DNA of 64,000 nt, taken from assembly GCA_964385625.1 (NCBI GenBank), contig CAYLPS010000010.1, positions 31-64,030 on the forward strand. The letters run 5' to 3'. Origin of the DNA: an uncultured Anaerolineaceae bacterium. Lineage in GTDB: Bacteria; Chloroflexota; Anaerolineae; Anaerolineales; UBA4823. The position numbers were made by a program, and so were the translations under genes. The notes under the pieces were generated by a model, which saw nothing but the letters and a program-made list of their open reading frames with translations, was not told the origin of the DNA and searched no databases. Positions 17,547 to 29,003 of this stretch are shown one piece after another (the first letter of the stretch is position 1; each line of letters opens with the position of its first letter).

Positions 17547-18072
17547 CTGCTTTTCTCCTCCTCTCCAAATTTTTTTAATTTGGAGGAGGCGGGAGGGAGT
17601 GGTCGGCGAAGGCTGATCTTGTGCTCTATCAGGGTGCGGTTTCAACCGCCGTCATTATCCGTACAACCTGTGTCATCTGCTTTCATGCCTATACATGTCC
17701 CAATGATCATGATCCGTGTAATCCGCAATAAAAACCTGTACCAGGTGTTCTTCTTGCTATCCATTGTCAGCCTGTTATCAAACTCCGTCCGCCTGGTCAC
17801 TTGTGCTCTTCAACCAGGGCGGAGCCGTGGCTGCCGTGGTTTTCGGTGTCATCGAAGAATATTTCGACGCGGTTGTCAGCCTGCTCGATAAGGTATTACT
17901 AATTTACACATTATGTCAATTACAGTTCCTTTGTGCCTGCCTCGAATGGTTCTTGATGGGCCTACCCCGGTTCTTTCGGGGTCCTCGGTGTCCTTCGTGC
18001 CTTCTATTGTCTTCATCATCTGCAGCTCAAAAATATTCGTTCCTCGTCGTTTTTTTATGGAACGAATGATAA
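17547..18072 (+). ncRNA. candidate non-coding transcript / ORF-poor module downstream of promoter copy A
   Basis: No convincing ORF. A 5' hairpin at 17557-17589 pairs CCTCCTCTCCAAATT with AATTTGGAGGAGG. Short blocks are shared collinearly with locus B. The 3' end is undefined. Confidence 0.3.
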
Positions 18073-18093
18073 CAAGTCTATATTAAATTCATC

Positions 18094-18115
18094 GGGGCTG
18101 GCTCGAGCCAGCCCC
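18094..18115 (-). terminator. 22-bp perfect palindrome GGGGCTGGCTCGAGCCAGCCCC downstream of ppdK
   Basis: Read directly. It lies 37 nt after the ppdK stop. A second hairpin at 18035-18067 (ATTCGTTCC...GGAACGAAT) is followed by ATTTTT on the minus strand. Confidence 0.6.
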
Positions 18116-18151
18116 TACACTGACAATCATAAAATCTGCTCAATGTCCGCT

Positions 18152-20917
<2,766 letters not shown>

Positions 20918-21134
20918 TTATTGCCTCCTGTATGCAATCATACTCTACACGATCTTTTCCAGGTCATGTAGCAAATTTCACATGATTAGGACAAATCTAA
21001 CGGCATAGTTTACCACAATCGATTTAATTACACTCACAATTATTAAAAGCTATTCTTAAACCTGTCCGCCCTGATGCTCAATGAAAATGATATTGTATAA
21101 CTGCAAACTACACAAGCCTCTAAATCCGCTGGCT

Positions 21135-23759
21135 TTATACTGGTTTTTCCTCCTCCGGCTTATCCGCAAATTTCTTCTTCCACTCATACAGCTTGTTTAG
21201 CGCTTCGATAGGCGATAATCCATTAATGTCCAGGCTCTTTAGCTCATCGATCAACGGGTTCGTCTCAGGAAATAGCGCCATCTGCCTGGGCAGCTCCGGG
21301 TTGATTTTTACCGCCTTCCCGGAAGATTTCTCCAATTGGAGCAATATTTGCTCTGCCCGCTGCACCACCGGCGTTGGCAAGCCCGCCAGTTGCCCCACGT
21401 GGATGCCATAAGAGCGGTCAGCGCCACCCGGGATGATCTTGTGCAAGAACACCACCTGCCCACCGCTGTCGTTGACTGCCACGTTATAGTTGCGCACCCC
21501 CGGCAGCAGCTCTGCCAGCTGGGTCAGCTCGTGGTAATGGGTGGCAAACAGGGTCTTGGCGCGCAAGGATGGGTGGTTATGGATGTACTCCACCACTGCC
21601 CAGGCGATCGATACCCCATCGTAGGTACTGGTGCCCCGCCCGATTTCGTCCAGGATAAGCAGCGAGCGCTCTGTGGCGTGGTGCAGTATGTTCGCCGTCT
21701 CCACCATCTCCACCATGAAGGTCGACTGCCCCGAATAGATTTCATCCTGGGCGCCGATGCGTGTGAATATCCGGTCCACCAGCCCGATGCGTGCCGAGGA
21801 TGCCGGTACGAAGCTGCCCATCTGCGCCATCAAAACGATCAATGCCACCTGCCGTAAGAAAGTGCTCTTACCTGACATGTTCGGCCCGGTAAGGATGCGG
21901 ATTCGTTCTCCCTCCTCGAAAATGGCGTCATTGCTCACGAATCGCTCGCCATGCAGGTAATGCTCCACCACCGCGTGCCTGCCTTCATGGATATCCAATA
22001 CGTCTTCCGCAACCACTTCCGGGAGCACATAGCTGCCCAGCGTGGCTGCTTCGGCCAGCGATGCCAAAACATCCAGCGTCGCCAATGCTCGCGCAGTCGC
22101 CAGCAGCTTTTTCGAAGATGATGATAATTGTTCGCATAGTTGCTTGAACAAACGTGCCTCGATCTCATGGATGGTTTCTTCGGCATTCAACACCAGCGCT
22201 TCATATTCCTTCATCTCCGGCGTGATAAAGCGCTCAGCGTTCACCAATGTCTGCTTGCGGATATACTCCGCAGGGGCCAAATTTGCATTGGCCTTGCTGA
22301 TTTCAAGGTAATAGCCGAAGACCTTGTTGTATCCTACCTTGAGTGTCTTGATCCCGGTACGTTCGCGCTCCACGTGCTCCAGGTTGGCGATCCATTCACG
22401 CGCATGTCGCGATCTTTCAATTACCCCATCCAGCTCGGTGGAATATCCCGGCCTGATCACGCCAATATTCTGCAGTATGGATGGCGGGTCATCTGCAATG
22501 GCAGACTCGAGTAGCTGCAACTCATCTATGCAAGCATCGAAATCCTTCATTGCGAAATTAATCGCACTATCAGGTGATTCAGGATTGGGTTGAGAGGTTT
22601 CTAAATTGCTAAATAGGAGGATTATTCCCGGTAACCTTTGTAAAGTCGCTCGCATCCCAACCAGATCGCGTGGCTGTGCAGTCCCGCTGACCAGCCGGGT
22701 GGTTAAACGTTCGAGATCGCTCAGTGGCTTTAAGGCTGCCCGTAGCTCTGCCCGCAGCATGCCATCTCTAACCAGCAGTAGCACTCCCTGCTGGCGTTTA
22801 TGGATCTGCGCCACTTCAAGGAGCGGCTTGCTCACCCATTGGCGCATCAAGCGTTTGCCCATCGGCGTCACGCACTGGTCAAGCTCTCCCAACAGGCTCC
22901 CCTCCACACTCCCATCCCGGATAGTTTCGGTCAATTCCAGGTTGCGGCGAGTCGACGCATCCAAAGTCATGAACTCGCTGGTGGAATATGTGTTCAGGTG
23001 GGTTAGCAGCCTGATGGCAGCCGGCTGGGTCTCTTTCAGGTATTGCAAGATTACCCCCGCAACCCGAATTGCTAAAGTCATCCCGCGCAGTCCAAATCCA
23101 TCCAATGATGCCACCCCAAAATGCGCCAGCAGGGTCTCTTGGCAGCGGGAAAATTCGAACCGATAAGCTGGCCATGCGGTCAGGTGGCCGGTTAAGCCAT
23201 TTGTCAGTTGCATATCTTCGGGAAAAAGGATTTCTGCCGGATGGAGCCGCGTAAGTTCAGCTCGTACCACACTTTGGATATCATCGCTGTTCAGTTCTGT
23301 GACAGCGAATTCCCCCGTCGAGATATCCACGAATGCTGCTCCTGCCTGGTTTCCCGATATCATGACACAGCTCAGGTAATTATTGGTATCGGCAGGCAGC
23401 AATCCCGATTCGAGCACCGTCCCCGGCGTGACCACCCTCACAACTTCACGCGGGAATATGCCCTTCACTGGTTGGTTACCCACTTGCTCGCAAATCGCCA
23501 CGTGGAAGCCGCGTTCAATCAAGCGCGCCAGGTAATTTTCCACTGCGTGGTGAGGGATACCGGCTAGTGGCACGCGCACGCCCTTCCCAATTGGCCGCGA
23601 AGTGAGCACAATGTCCAACTCACGCGATGCTATCTCAGCGTCCTGGTCGAATGTTTCGTAAAAATCACCCAGCCTGAAGAATACTATGGCATTAGGATAC
23701 TGTCGCTTAATATCTAAATATTGCTTGCGAATCGGAGTGATATCTTCTGCTTTCACCAA
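21135..23759 (-). CDS. mutS: DNA mismatch repair protein MutS
   Basis: TPIRKQYLDIK...FFRLGDFYETF mismatch-binding domain, Walker A GPNMSGKST, and STFMVEM. The start codon (TTG at 23759 or GTG at 23756) is uncertain. Confidence 0.95.
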   Translation of the reverse strand: MVKAEDITPIRKQYLDIKRQYPNAIVFFRLGDFYETFDQDAEIASRELDIVLTSRPIGKGVRVPLAGIPHHAVENYLARLIERGFHVAICEQVGNQPVKGIFPREVVRVVTPGTVLESGLLPADTNNYLSCVMISGNQAGAAFVDISTGEFAVTELNSDDIQSVVRAELTRLHPAEILFPEDMQLTNGLTGHLTAWPAYRFEFSRCQETLLAHFGVASLDGFGLRGMTLAIRVAGVILQYLKETQPAAIRLLTHLNTYSTSEFMTLDASTRRNLELTETIRDGSVEGSLLGELDQCVTPMGKRLMRQWVSKPLLEVAQIHKRQQGVLLLVRDGMLRAELRAALKPLSDLERLTTRLVSGTAQPRDLVGMRATLQRLPGIILLFSNLETSQPNPESPDSAINFAMKDFDACIDELQLLESAIADDPPSILQNIGVIRPGYSTELDGVIERSRHAREWIANLEHVERERTGIKTLKVGYNKVFGYYLEISKANANLAPAEYIRKQTLVNAERFITPEMKEYEALVLNAEETIHEIEARLFKQLCEQLSSSSKKLLATARALATLDVLASLAEAATLGSYVLPEVVAEDVLDIHEGRHAVVEHYLHGERFVSNDAIFEEGERIRILTGPNMSGKSTFLRQVALIVLMAQMGSFVPASSARIGLVDRIFTRIGAQDEIYSGQSTFMVEMVETANILHHATERSLLILDEIGRGTSTYDGVSIAWAVVEYIHNHPSLRAKTLFATHYHELTQLAELLPGVRNYNVAVNDSGGQVVFLHKIIPGGADRSYGIHVGQLAGLPTPVVQRAEQILLQLEKSSGKAVKINPELPRQMALFPETNPLIDELKSLDINGLSPIEALNKLYEWKKKFADKPEEEKPV

Positions 23760-23897
23760 TTTGTCTCAGGTACTCATTCTAGTATGAGCAATGGAATTAG
23801 GCAAGGAGTTACGGTTGAATATTCCTGAAATGATTGTATTAATTTTCGACCGAAGATATAATTGCCTCACTATAATCTACCGAAAGGAGAAGTTCTG

Positions 23898-24998
23898 ATG
23901 GCTAGTGTTACATACGATAAAGTAACGAAGCGGTTTGGAGATGTAACCGCGGTCAATAGCCTTGACGTCAACATTGCAGACAAGGAATTCCTGGTCTTAG
24001 TAGGCCCTTCTGGATGTGGGAAGACCACTGCGCTGCGCTTGCTGGCAGGGCTGGAAGAGATCACCGAAGGTCGCATCTTAATTGGTGATCGGGTGGTCAA
24101 TGATGTTGCGCCAAAAGACCGGGATATTGCCATGGTATTCCAATCTTACGCGCTATACCCGCACATGAGCGTGTATGATAACATGGCATTCGGTTTGAAA
24201 TTACGCAAGACGCCCAAGGAAGAGATTAAAAAGAGGGTGAGCCAGGCCGCCGAAACACTGGGCATTGGAAATTTGCTGGATCGAAAACCTCGCCAGCTAT
24301 CCGGCGGGCAAAGACAGCGCGTGGCAGTTGGACGGGCCATTGTGCGTGAGCCCAAAGTTTTCCTGTTCGATGAGCCTCTCTCGAACTTGGATGCAAAATT
24401 GCGCGTGGAAACACGCGCTAACCTGAGCAAGCTACACCTACAGCTGCAGACCACCTTCATCTACGTTACTCACGACCAAATTGAAGCCATGACCATGGCG
24501 ACCCGCATTGCCGTGATTAACAAGGGTTTGTTACAGCAGGTCGATACCCCCCAGGTGCTCTACGATAAACCGGATAATCTGTTCGTGGCTGGCTTCATCG
24601 GATCACCAGCAATGAACTTCTTCAAAACCAAGCTGGTCCAATCAGATGGTAAATTCTACATTGATGGGGGCTCCTTTAAGCTTGAAGTACCCGAGTCACG
24701 CAAGGAAACATATGCCAATTACCTGAATCATCCGGTCATCATGGGCATCCGCCCTGAAGATATCCAAGATCCCAACTACCTACCACCAGGAATCATCCCC
24801 CAGCCGGTTGAAGGCACGGTGGATGTGACCGAGCTGATGGGCAATGAAATCCAGCTTTATCTTACCATTGGAGAGCATTCCTTTGTTGCCCGTGTTGACC
24901 CGCGCACTAGGGTGAGCATGGGCGATCGAACCCAGCTGATGTTCAACATGGGTAATATGCACCTGTTCGACCCTGATACAGAGCAGGCAATCCGATAA
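23898..24998 (+). CDS. sugar-type ABC transporter ATP-binding protein (MalK/UgpC/MsmX-like), no adjacent permease
   Basis: GPSGCGKTT, LSGGQRQRVAVGRA, FLFDEPLSNLD, and a C-terminal TOBE-like domain. The ATG at 23898 follows AAAGGAGA. Confidence 0.9.
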   Translation: MASVTYDKVTKRFGDVTAVNSLDVNIADKEFLVLVGPSGCGKTTALRLLAGLEEITEGRILIGDRVVNDVAPKDRDIAMVFQSYALYPHMSVYDNMAFGLKLRKTPKEEIKKRVSQAAETLGIGNLLDRKPRQLSGGQRQRVAVGRAIVREPKVFLFDEPLSNLDAKLRVETRANLSKLHLQLQTTFIYVTHDQIEAMTMATRIAVINKGLLQQVDTPQVLYDKPDNLFVAGFIGSPAMNFFKTKLVQSDGKFYIDGGSFKLEVPESRKETYANYLNHPVIMGIRPEDIQDPNYLPPGIIPQPVEGTVDVTELMGNEIQLYLTIGEHSFVARVDPRTRVSMGDRTQLMFNMGNMHLFDPDTEQAIR

Positions 24999-25033
24999 CA
25001 TATCGGCAGATTGGTTATAACGGTCGTTTAAAC

Positions 25034-25092
25034 ATAACGTCTCCTTGCAAAACGGCTTTCCACGCGGAAAGCATGTGGCTCGGGGACGTTAT
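25034..25092 (+). other. nested hairpin between the ABC ATPase gene and gpmA
   Basis: The outer stem pairs ATAACGTCTCC with GGGGACGTTAT (one G-U pair). The inner hairpin is GCTTTCC-acgc-GGAAAGC. It could be a weak terminator or a leader element. Confidence 0.35.
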
Positions 25093-25117
25093 TATGTCAA
25101 ATTTATAAGGAATAAAA

Positions 25118-25873
25118 ATGGACTCTAAATACACGCTCATATTATTACGGCACGGTCAAAGCACTTGGAACCTGGAAAATCGTTTTACCGGCTGGACAGA
25201 TGTGGGATTAACCGTCCAGGGCGAGAATGAAGCGCATGAATCCGCCAGATTATTGCGCGAAGGTGGCTATACCTTCGATATGGCATACACCTCTGTGCTT
25301 AAGAGAGCTATCAAGACTCTGTGGATTGTCATGGAAGATATGGAGATTGAATGGTTGCCGGTGATTAATGCCTGGCAGCTCAACGAGCGCCACTACGGCG
25401 CCTTGCAAGGCTTGAATAAAGCCGAAATGGCTGAGAAATTCGGTGAGGCACAGGTGAAAATTTGGCGCAGGAGTTATGATGTCCAACCGCCTGCCCTGGA
25501 TATGGATGACCCTCGTCATCCCAGGTTTGATCGTCGTTATGCCTCGCTCTCTGCCAATGAGCTTCCCACCACTGAATGCCTGAAAGATACCGTGAACCGT
25601 ATGTTGCCTTATTGGCACAGCACCCTTGCACCAATCGTCAAATCCGGTAAACGCCTGATTATCTGCGCACATGGAAACAGCCTACGCGCGCTGGTGAAAT
25701 ACCTCGACAATATATCCGACCAGGAAATCCCCGAGCTGAATATCCCCACCGGCATTCCGTTGGTCTATGAGCTGGATCAGGATCTACGCCCTATCAAGCA
25801 CTTCTACATGGGAGATCCTGAAGCAGTCCGTAAGGCAGCTGAAGCAGTTGCCAACCAGGGCAAGGCGAAATAA
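25118..25873 (+). CDS. gpmA: 2,3-bisphosphoglycerate-dependent phosphoglycerate mutase
   Basis: [20 protein letters not shown]..., ERHYGALQG, and [10 protein letters not shown] are the canonical dPGM motifs. Confidence 0.92.
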   Translation: MDSKYTLILLRHGQSTWNLENRFTGWTDVGLTVQGENEAHESARLLREGGYTFDMAYTSVLKRAIKTLWIVMEDMEIEWLPVINAWQLNERHYGALQGLNKAEMAEKFGEAQVKIWRRSYDVQPPALDMDDPRHPRFDRRYASLSANELPTTECLKDTVNRMLPYWHSTLAPIVKSGKRLIICAHGNSLRALVKYLDNISDQEIPELNIPTGIPLVYELDQDLRPIKHFYMGDPEAVRKAAEAVANQGKAK

Positions 25874-25981
25874 CACGTGTTAGAAGAGTAGAATTATTAT
25901 ATAGAGTGAAAATAAGTTAGAGTAAAATACCAGCTATAACTAATTGACCTATTTTCGCAATGGTAGGAAAGCTACTGTATA

Positions 25982-26020
25982 AAGTCCCATGGTGATAAAA
26001 ATGATGGGACTTTTATATTT
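25982..26020. terminator. bidirectional rho-independent terminator
   Basis: AAGTCCCAT-13 nt-ATGGGACTT followed by TTATATTT. It sits between the convergent gpmA and the membrane-protein gene. Confidence 0.6.
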
Positions 26021-26028
26021 GTTGATGC

Positions 26029-26742
26029 TTACTGGATTGGTCGTAGCAGGACTCTTCGCATTCCGAAATAAAATAGCAACCCCAGCACAGCTGAAAGGCC
26101 ACCTACCATCAGGAATGTATCCTGCCAGAATCGCTCAGGAAACAGGCGGATCAGAGTGTCGCTGAATAGGAATGTCCAGGTGCCGGCCTTGAAAAAGATT
26201 TCATGAAAGATGACAAAAATATAATTAAAAGCTGCAACCGCCAATAAAACGATTAAGCCCAGCAACCCCAAAGTAAGGATTCCGCCCATTTGTAAGCCTC
26301 TAATATAATCACGCATCCATTTCCCTCTCCATGCCCAGATGACCAATACCACCAAAATAGCTGCAGCAATCACTAAGACGCGTGTTGCCCCGATGACCAC
26401 GGTTTTAACATCCAGCATGTGTTGTAATTCCCGGTCATTGAATAATTTTGTGCAGTCTGTCATCTCCAGGCAGGTAGCCTTTGGCGCTTGCTGGCCAGCA
26501 GGAAAACGTAGGTCGCCTAGAAATGAGATATCCGCAGAGTTGTTCAGATACTCCACAGCTAGCTTGCCGTATTTCAAGCGGTCTTGGAGTGTGAAACCAT
26601 AGGGATCTGCTGGAAAACCTGGGGTATGGTATTCAAAATCCAGAAACCAGGGGTTCATAACAAACCGGACTACTGTTAGCACAAGAACCACCGGCAGCAG
26701 CAACGCAACGACCCAAGATAGATCTCTATATATATTTTTCAT
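26029..26742 (-). CDS. integral membrane protein (TIGR01906/DUF1461-like)
   Basis: An N-terminal TM segment, an extracytoplasmic segment and three C-terminal TM helices. The family assignment is from memory of the architecture, so it is tentative. Confidence 0.55.
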   Translation of the reverse strand: MKNIYRDLSWVVALLLPVVLVLTVVRFVMNPWFLDFEYHTPGFPADPYGFTLQDRLKYGKLAVEYLNNSADISFLGDLRFPAGQQAPKATCLEMTDCTKLFNDRELQHMLDVKTVVIGATRVLVIAAAILVVLVIWAWRGKWMRDYIRGLQMGGILTLGLLGLIVLLAVAAFNYIFVIFHEIFFKAGTWTFLFSDTLIRLFPERFWQDTFLMVGGLSAVLGLLFYFGMRRVLLRPIQ

Positions 26743-26774
26743 CTTACTCTTCCACCCTTATAGAGAAACTCAGC

Positions 26775-28355
26775 CTAATGACCGATTTCATTCATATCTC
26801 CAAATAATACGTAGCTTAAAACCATGCGGTTGGTTACCCATTCGATGGGTGACCAGTCATCCGTGTAAACCACGCTGATCGGTGGTGTGGGCTGGATATC
26901 AACAATCGCCTTTGATATCGCATCCAACAATAATTGGGGGGCTGCTGCCTCGATGAGATCATTATAGTTGGCTAGTAAATTTTCAAACTGGGTGGGTTGT
27001 TTTGTCGCATATATCAAGCTGTTGTAGGAACCCGGCACATCCATCACATAAACCGATGGATATACTGATTGAATGGTGCTTGCGATCTGGTCGACCAGTG
27101 TTCGATCCACAGGGCTTCTCCCCACATTGACTGCCAGTACTCCATTACCAGTTAAATGATCCCGAGTTTCTTGGAAGAATTCCTGGGTAGTCAGGTGAGG
27201 TGGGATATATGGCGGGCGATAAGCGTCCACTGCGATGACTGTATAGCTATTCGTGCTGTGTTCCAAGCCTACCCGCCCGTCCTGTGCGATGGCATTGAGG
27301 TTGGGCATATCCATCCCGAAATATTCCCTTCCAACTTCAATAATGTCCGGGTCTATCTCGAATCCATCGATTGGGATTGGACCGTATACAAATGTTGCCT
27401 GTCTGGCCACAGTTCCGGCTGCCAGGCCGATGATCGCCATGCTTTTCACCTGGCTGGATGAAAATGGTGCAACATTAAAGAATGGAGCAACTAAAAACTC
27501 CTGCCATGGGCCGTTGTAATTTAATTCGGTGGCGTTCCACATGGAATGGATCCCTTGCCCCTCATTCAGGCGTAAGTAACGGTAACCATCTCGCTCAATG
27601 ACCTGGATATAGTTATAGGCTGATTCCTTTTCGTAGATCTCACCTTCAGTCTGTTTGATGGGACCTTTTCCAAAGGCAACCCCCAACCCAAGCAGCACGA
27701 TGGGCATCCAGATCCACAATAGTACATGTTTCCAGCCGGATGATTTCCAGATACCGACCAAGGCCACCAGGGTCAGCAGCAGGCTGAATATCAGGAATGT
27801 GTAGGTCGTTCCCACCACCGGGATCAGTACCAAAACCGGTAAAAATGTGCCGATGAAAGATCCTATAGTGGATATACCATAAATTTGCCCCGAGATTCGC
27901 CCTGCCTGTCTCGAATCCACGATTGCCAGCCGTATGGCAAAGGGTGAGATTGTGCCAAGTAAGGTAACCGGTATGATCAAAAGGATGAGAACCGCAGTAA
28001 ACGAACCGAAAAGGATGCCAACTTGAAGCTGGTCAAAGGCGTCAGCTGCCATTCGCAGCACCGGTCGGGCAATAAATGGAACCAACCCCGAAGTGAAACC
28101 TGCCCAGGCCAGTACCATATACATCGTTTGGTGGCGTGGAGAAGCATCCGCCCACCTGCCACCAATGAAGTATCCCGCTGTCAGATATATCAAGATCAAT
28201 CCAATAATGCTTGCCCACACCAGGTTGCTCGTCCCAAAGCTATTTCCCAGCAGGCGCGAAGCCCCAAATTCGATAGCCAGACTGACCATTCCGGAGCAAA
28301 ACACGGTAAAGTACAGGTAGTTTTTACGACTATCACCGGTCGGGTTGGATTTCAT
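26775..28355 (-). CDS. fused membrane domain / spermidine synthase-like methyltransferase-fold protein
   Basis: About 7 N-terminal TM helices, then a spermidine-synthase-like domain (IIGLAAGT..., AVDAYRPPYIPPHLTTQEFF). The ATG at 28355 is preferred over the TTG at 28373. Confidence 0.7.
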   Translation of the reverse strand: MKSNPTGDSRKNYLYFTVFCSGMVSLAIEFGASRLLGNSFGTSNLVWASIIGLILIYLTAGYFIGGRWADASPRHQTMYMVLAWAGFTSGLVPFIARPVLRMAADAFDQLQVGILFGSFTAVLILLIIPVTLLGTISPFAIRLAIVDSRQAGRISGQIYGISTIGSFIGTFLPVLVLIPVVGTTYTFLIFSLLLTLVALVGIWKSSGWKHVLLWIWMPIVLLGLGVAFGKGPIKQTEGEIYEKESAYNYIQVIERDGYRYLRLNEGQGIHSMWNATELNYNGPWQEFLVAPFFNVAPFSSSQVKSMAIIGLAAGTVARQATFVYGPIPIDGFEIDPDIIEVGREYFGMDMPNLNAIAQDGRVGLEHSTNSYTVIAVDAYRPPYIPPHLTTQEFFQETRDHLTGNGVLAVNVGRSPVDRTLVDQIASTIQSVYPSVYVMDVPGSYNSLIYATKQPTQFENLLANYNDLIEAAAPQLLLDAISKAIVDIQPTPPISVVYTDDWSPIEWVTNRMVLSYVLFGDMNEIGH

Positions 28356-28558
28356 ATCACAATCTCTTACCAAATAAAATGACGGAAGGATTATATCGCA
28401 CCATAAGTCCTCAAATATACCAGTTTATTTTAGATAACCACATCAGAAGCATTCGAGCACAATAGGTTTTATACTTGTATGCTAACTAGGTTCCTCAAAA
28501 TTTCTCAATCATGCGTATAATTAATACAATAATATCATTTAGCTAGGAGGAAAATACA

Positions 28559-28990
28559 ATGTGGAAAGATTTTAAAGCTTTTATCATGAAAGGTAATGTA
28601 ATTGACCTTGCTGTGGCTGTTGTCATTGGGGCAGCTTTTGGTGCAATCATCAACTCCCTGGTGAACGATATTATCATGCCCCTCGTCGGCCAGGCAACCG
28701 GGAAAGTTAATTTCACCGATCTATTTATTGCCTTGAATGGCCAGCACTACGCCAGCCTGGCTGATGCACAGGCAGCTGGTGCAGCAACCATAAACTACGG
28801 CATATTCATTAACAGTATAATTACATTCCTTATCATCGCATTTGTTGTTTTCATCGTGATTCGGGCAATCAGTCGCTTGCAAAAAGCCCCTGCACCCACT
28901 GCACCCACCACCAAGGAGTGCCAATTCTGCCATACGCAGATACCGATTCCAGCCACACGTTGCCCGAACTGTACTTCTGAGTTGACGTAG
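28559..28990 (+). CDS. mscL: large-conductance mechanosensitive channel MscL with C-terminal CxxC...CxxC zinc ribbon
   Basis: [41 protein letters not shown] is the canonical MscL N-terminus. C-terminal motif [23 protein letters not shown]. Confidence 0.9.
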   Translation: MWKDFKAFIMKGNVIDLAVAVVIGAAFGAIINSLVNDIIMPLVGQATGKVNFTDLFIALNGQHYASLADAQAAGAATINYGIFINSIITFLIIAFVVFIVIRAISRLQKAPAPTAPTTKECQFCHTQIPIPATRCPNCTSELT

Positions 28991-29003
28991 AACAGGTCTT
29001 TGA

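Noticed and set aside
17544-17891. 115-aa ORF (and 101-aa ORF at 17764-18069) in locus A, and 104-aa ORF at 41988-42302 in locus B, as possible small proteins or type I toxins.
   Set aside because: They have non-ATG or context-less starts and odd composition. The blocks shared between the two loci (e.g. TTGTCAGCCTGTT) are read in different frames, so conservation is at the nucleotide level and not the protein level. I kept these only as a caveat under the ncRNA hypothesis.
23898-24998. The orphan ABC ATPase without permease or binding-protein genes as an anomaly. The lone CoA-transferase A-like subunit at 51504-52304 is a similar case.
   Set aside because: MsmX/MalK-type ATPases that serve several unlinked sugar importers are well known. 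The lone CoA-transferase subunit may pair with an unlinked gene. Neither can be evaluated without the rest of the genome.
28880-28990. The MscL C-terminal zinc-ribbon tail as a novel fusion.
   Set aside because: I recall similar ...C.(F/Y)C...ATRCP.CTS... tails in MscL homologues of several phyla, so it is probably a known variant. It is recorded in the feature evidence only.
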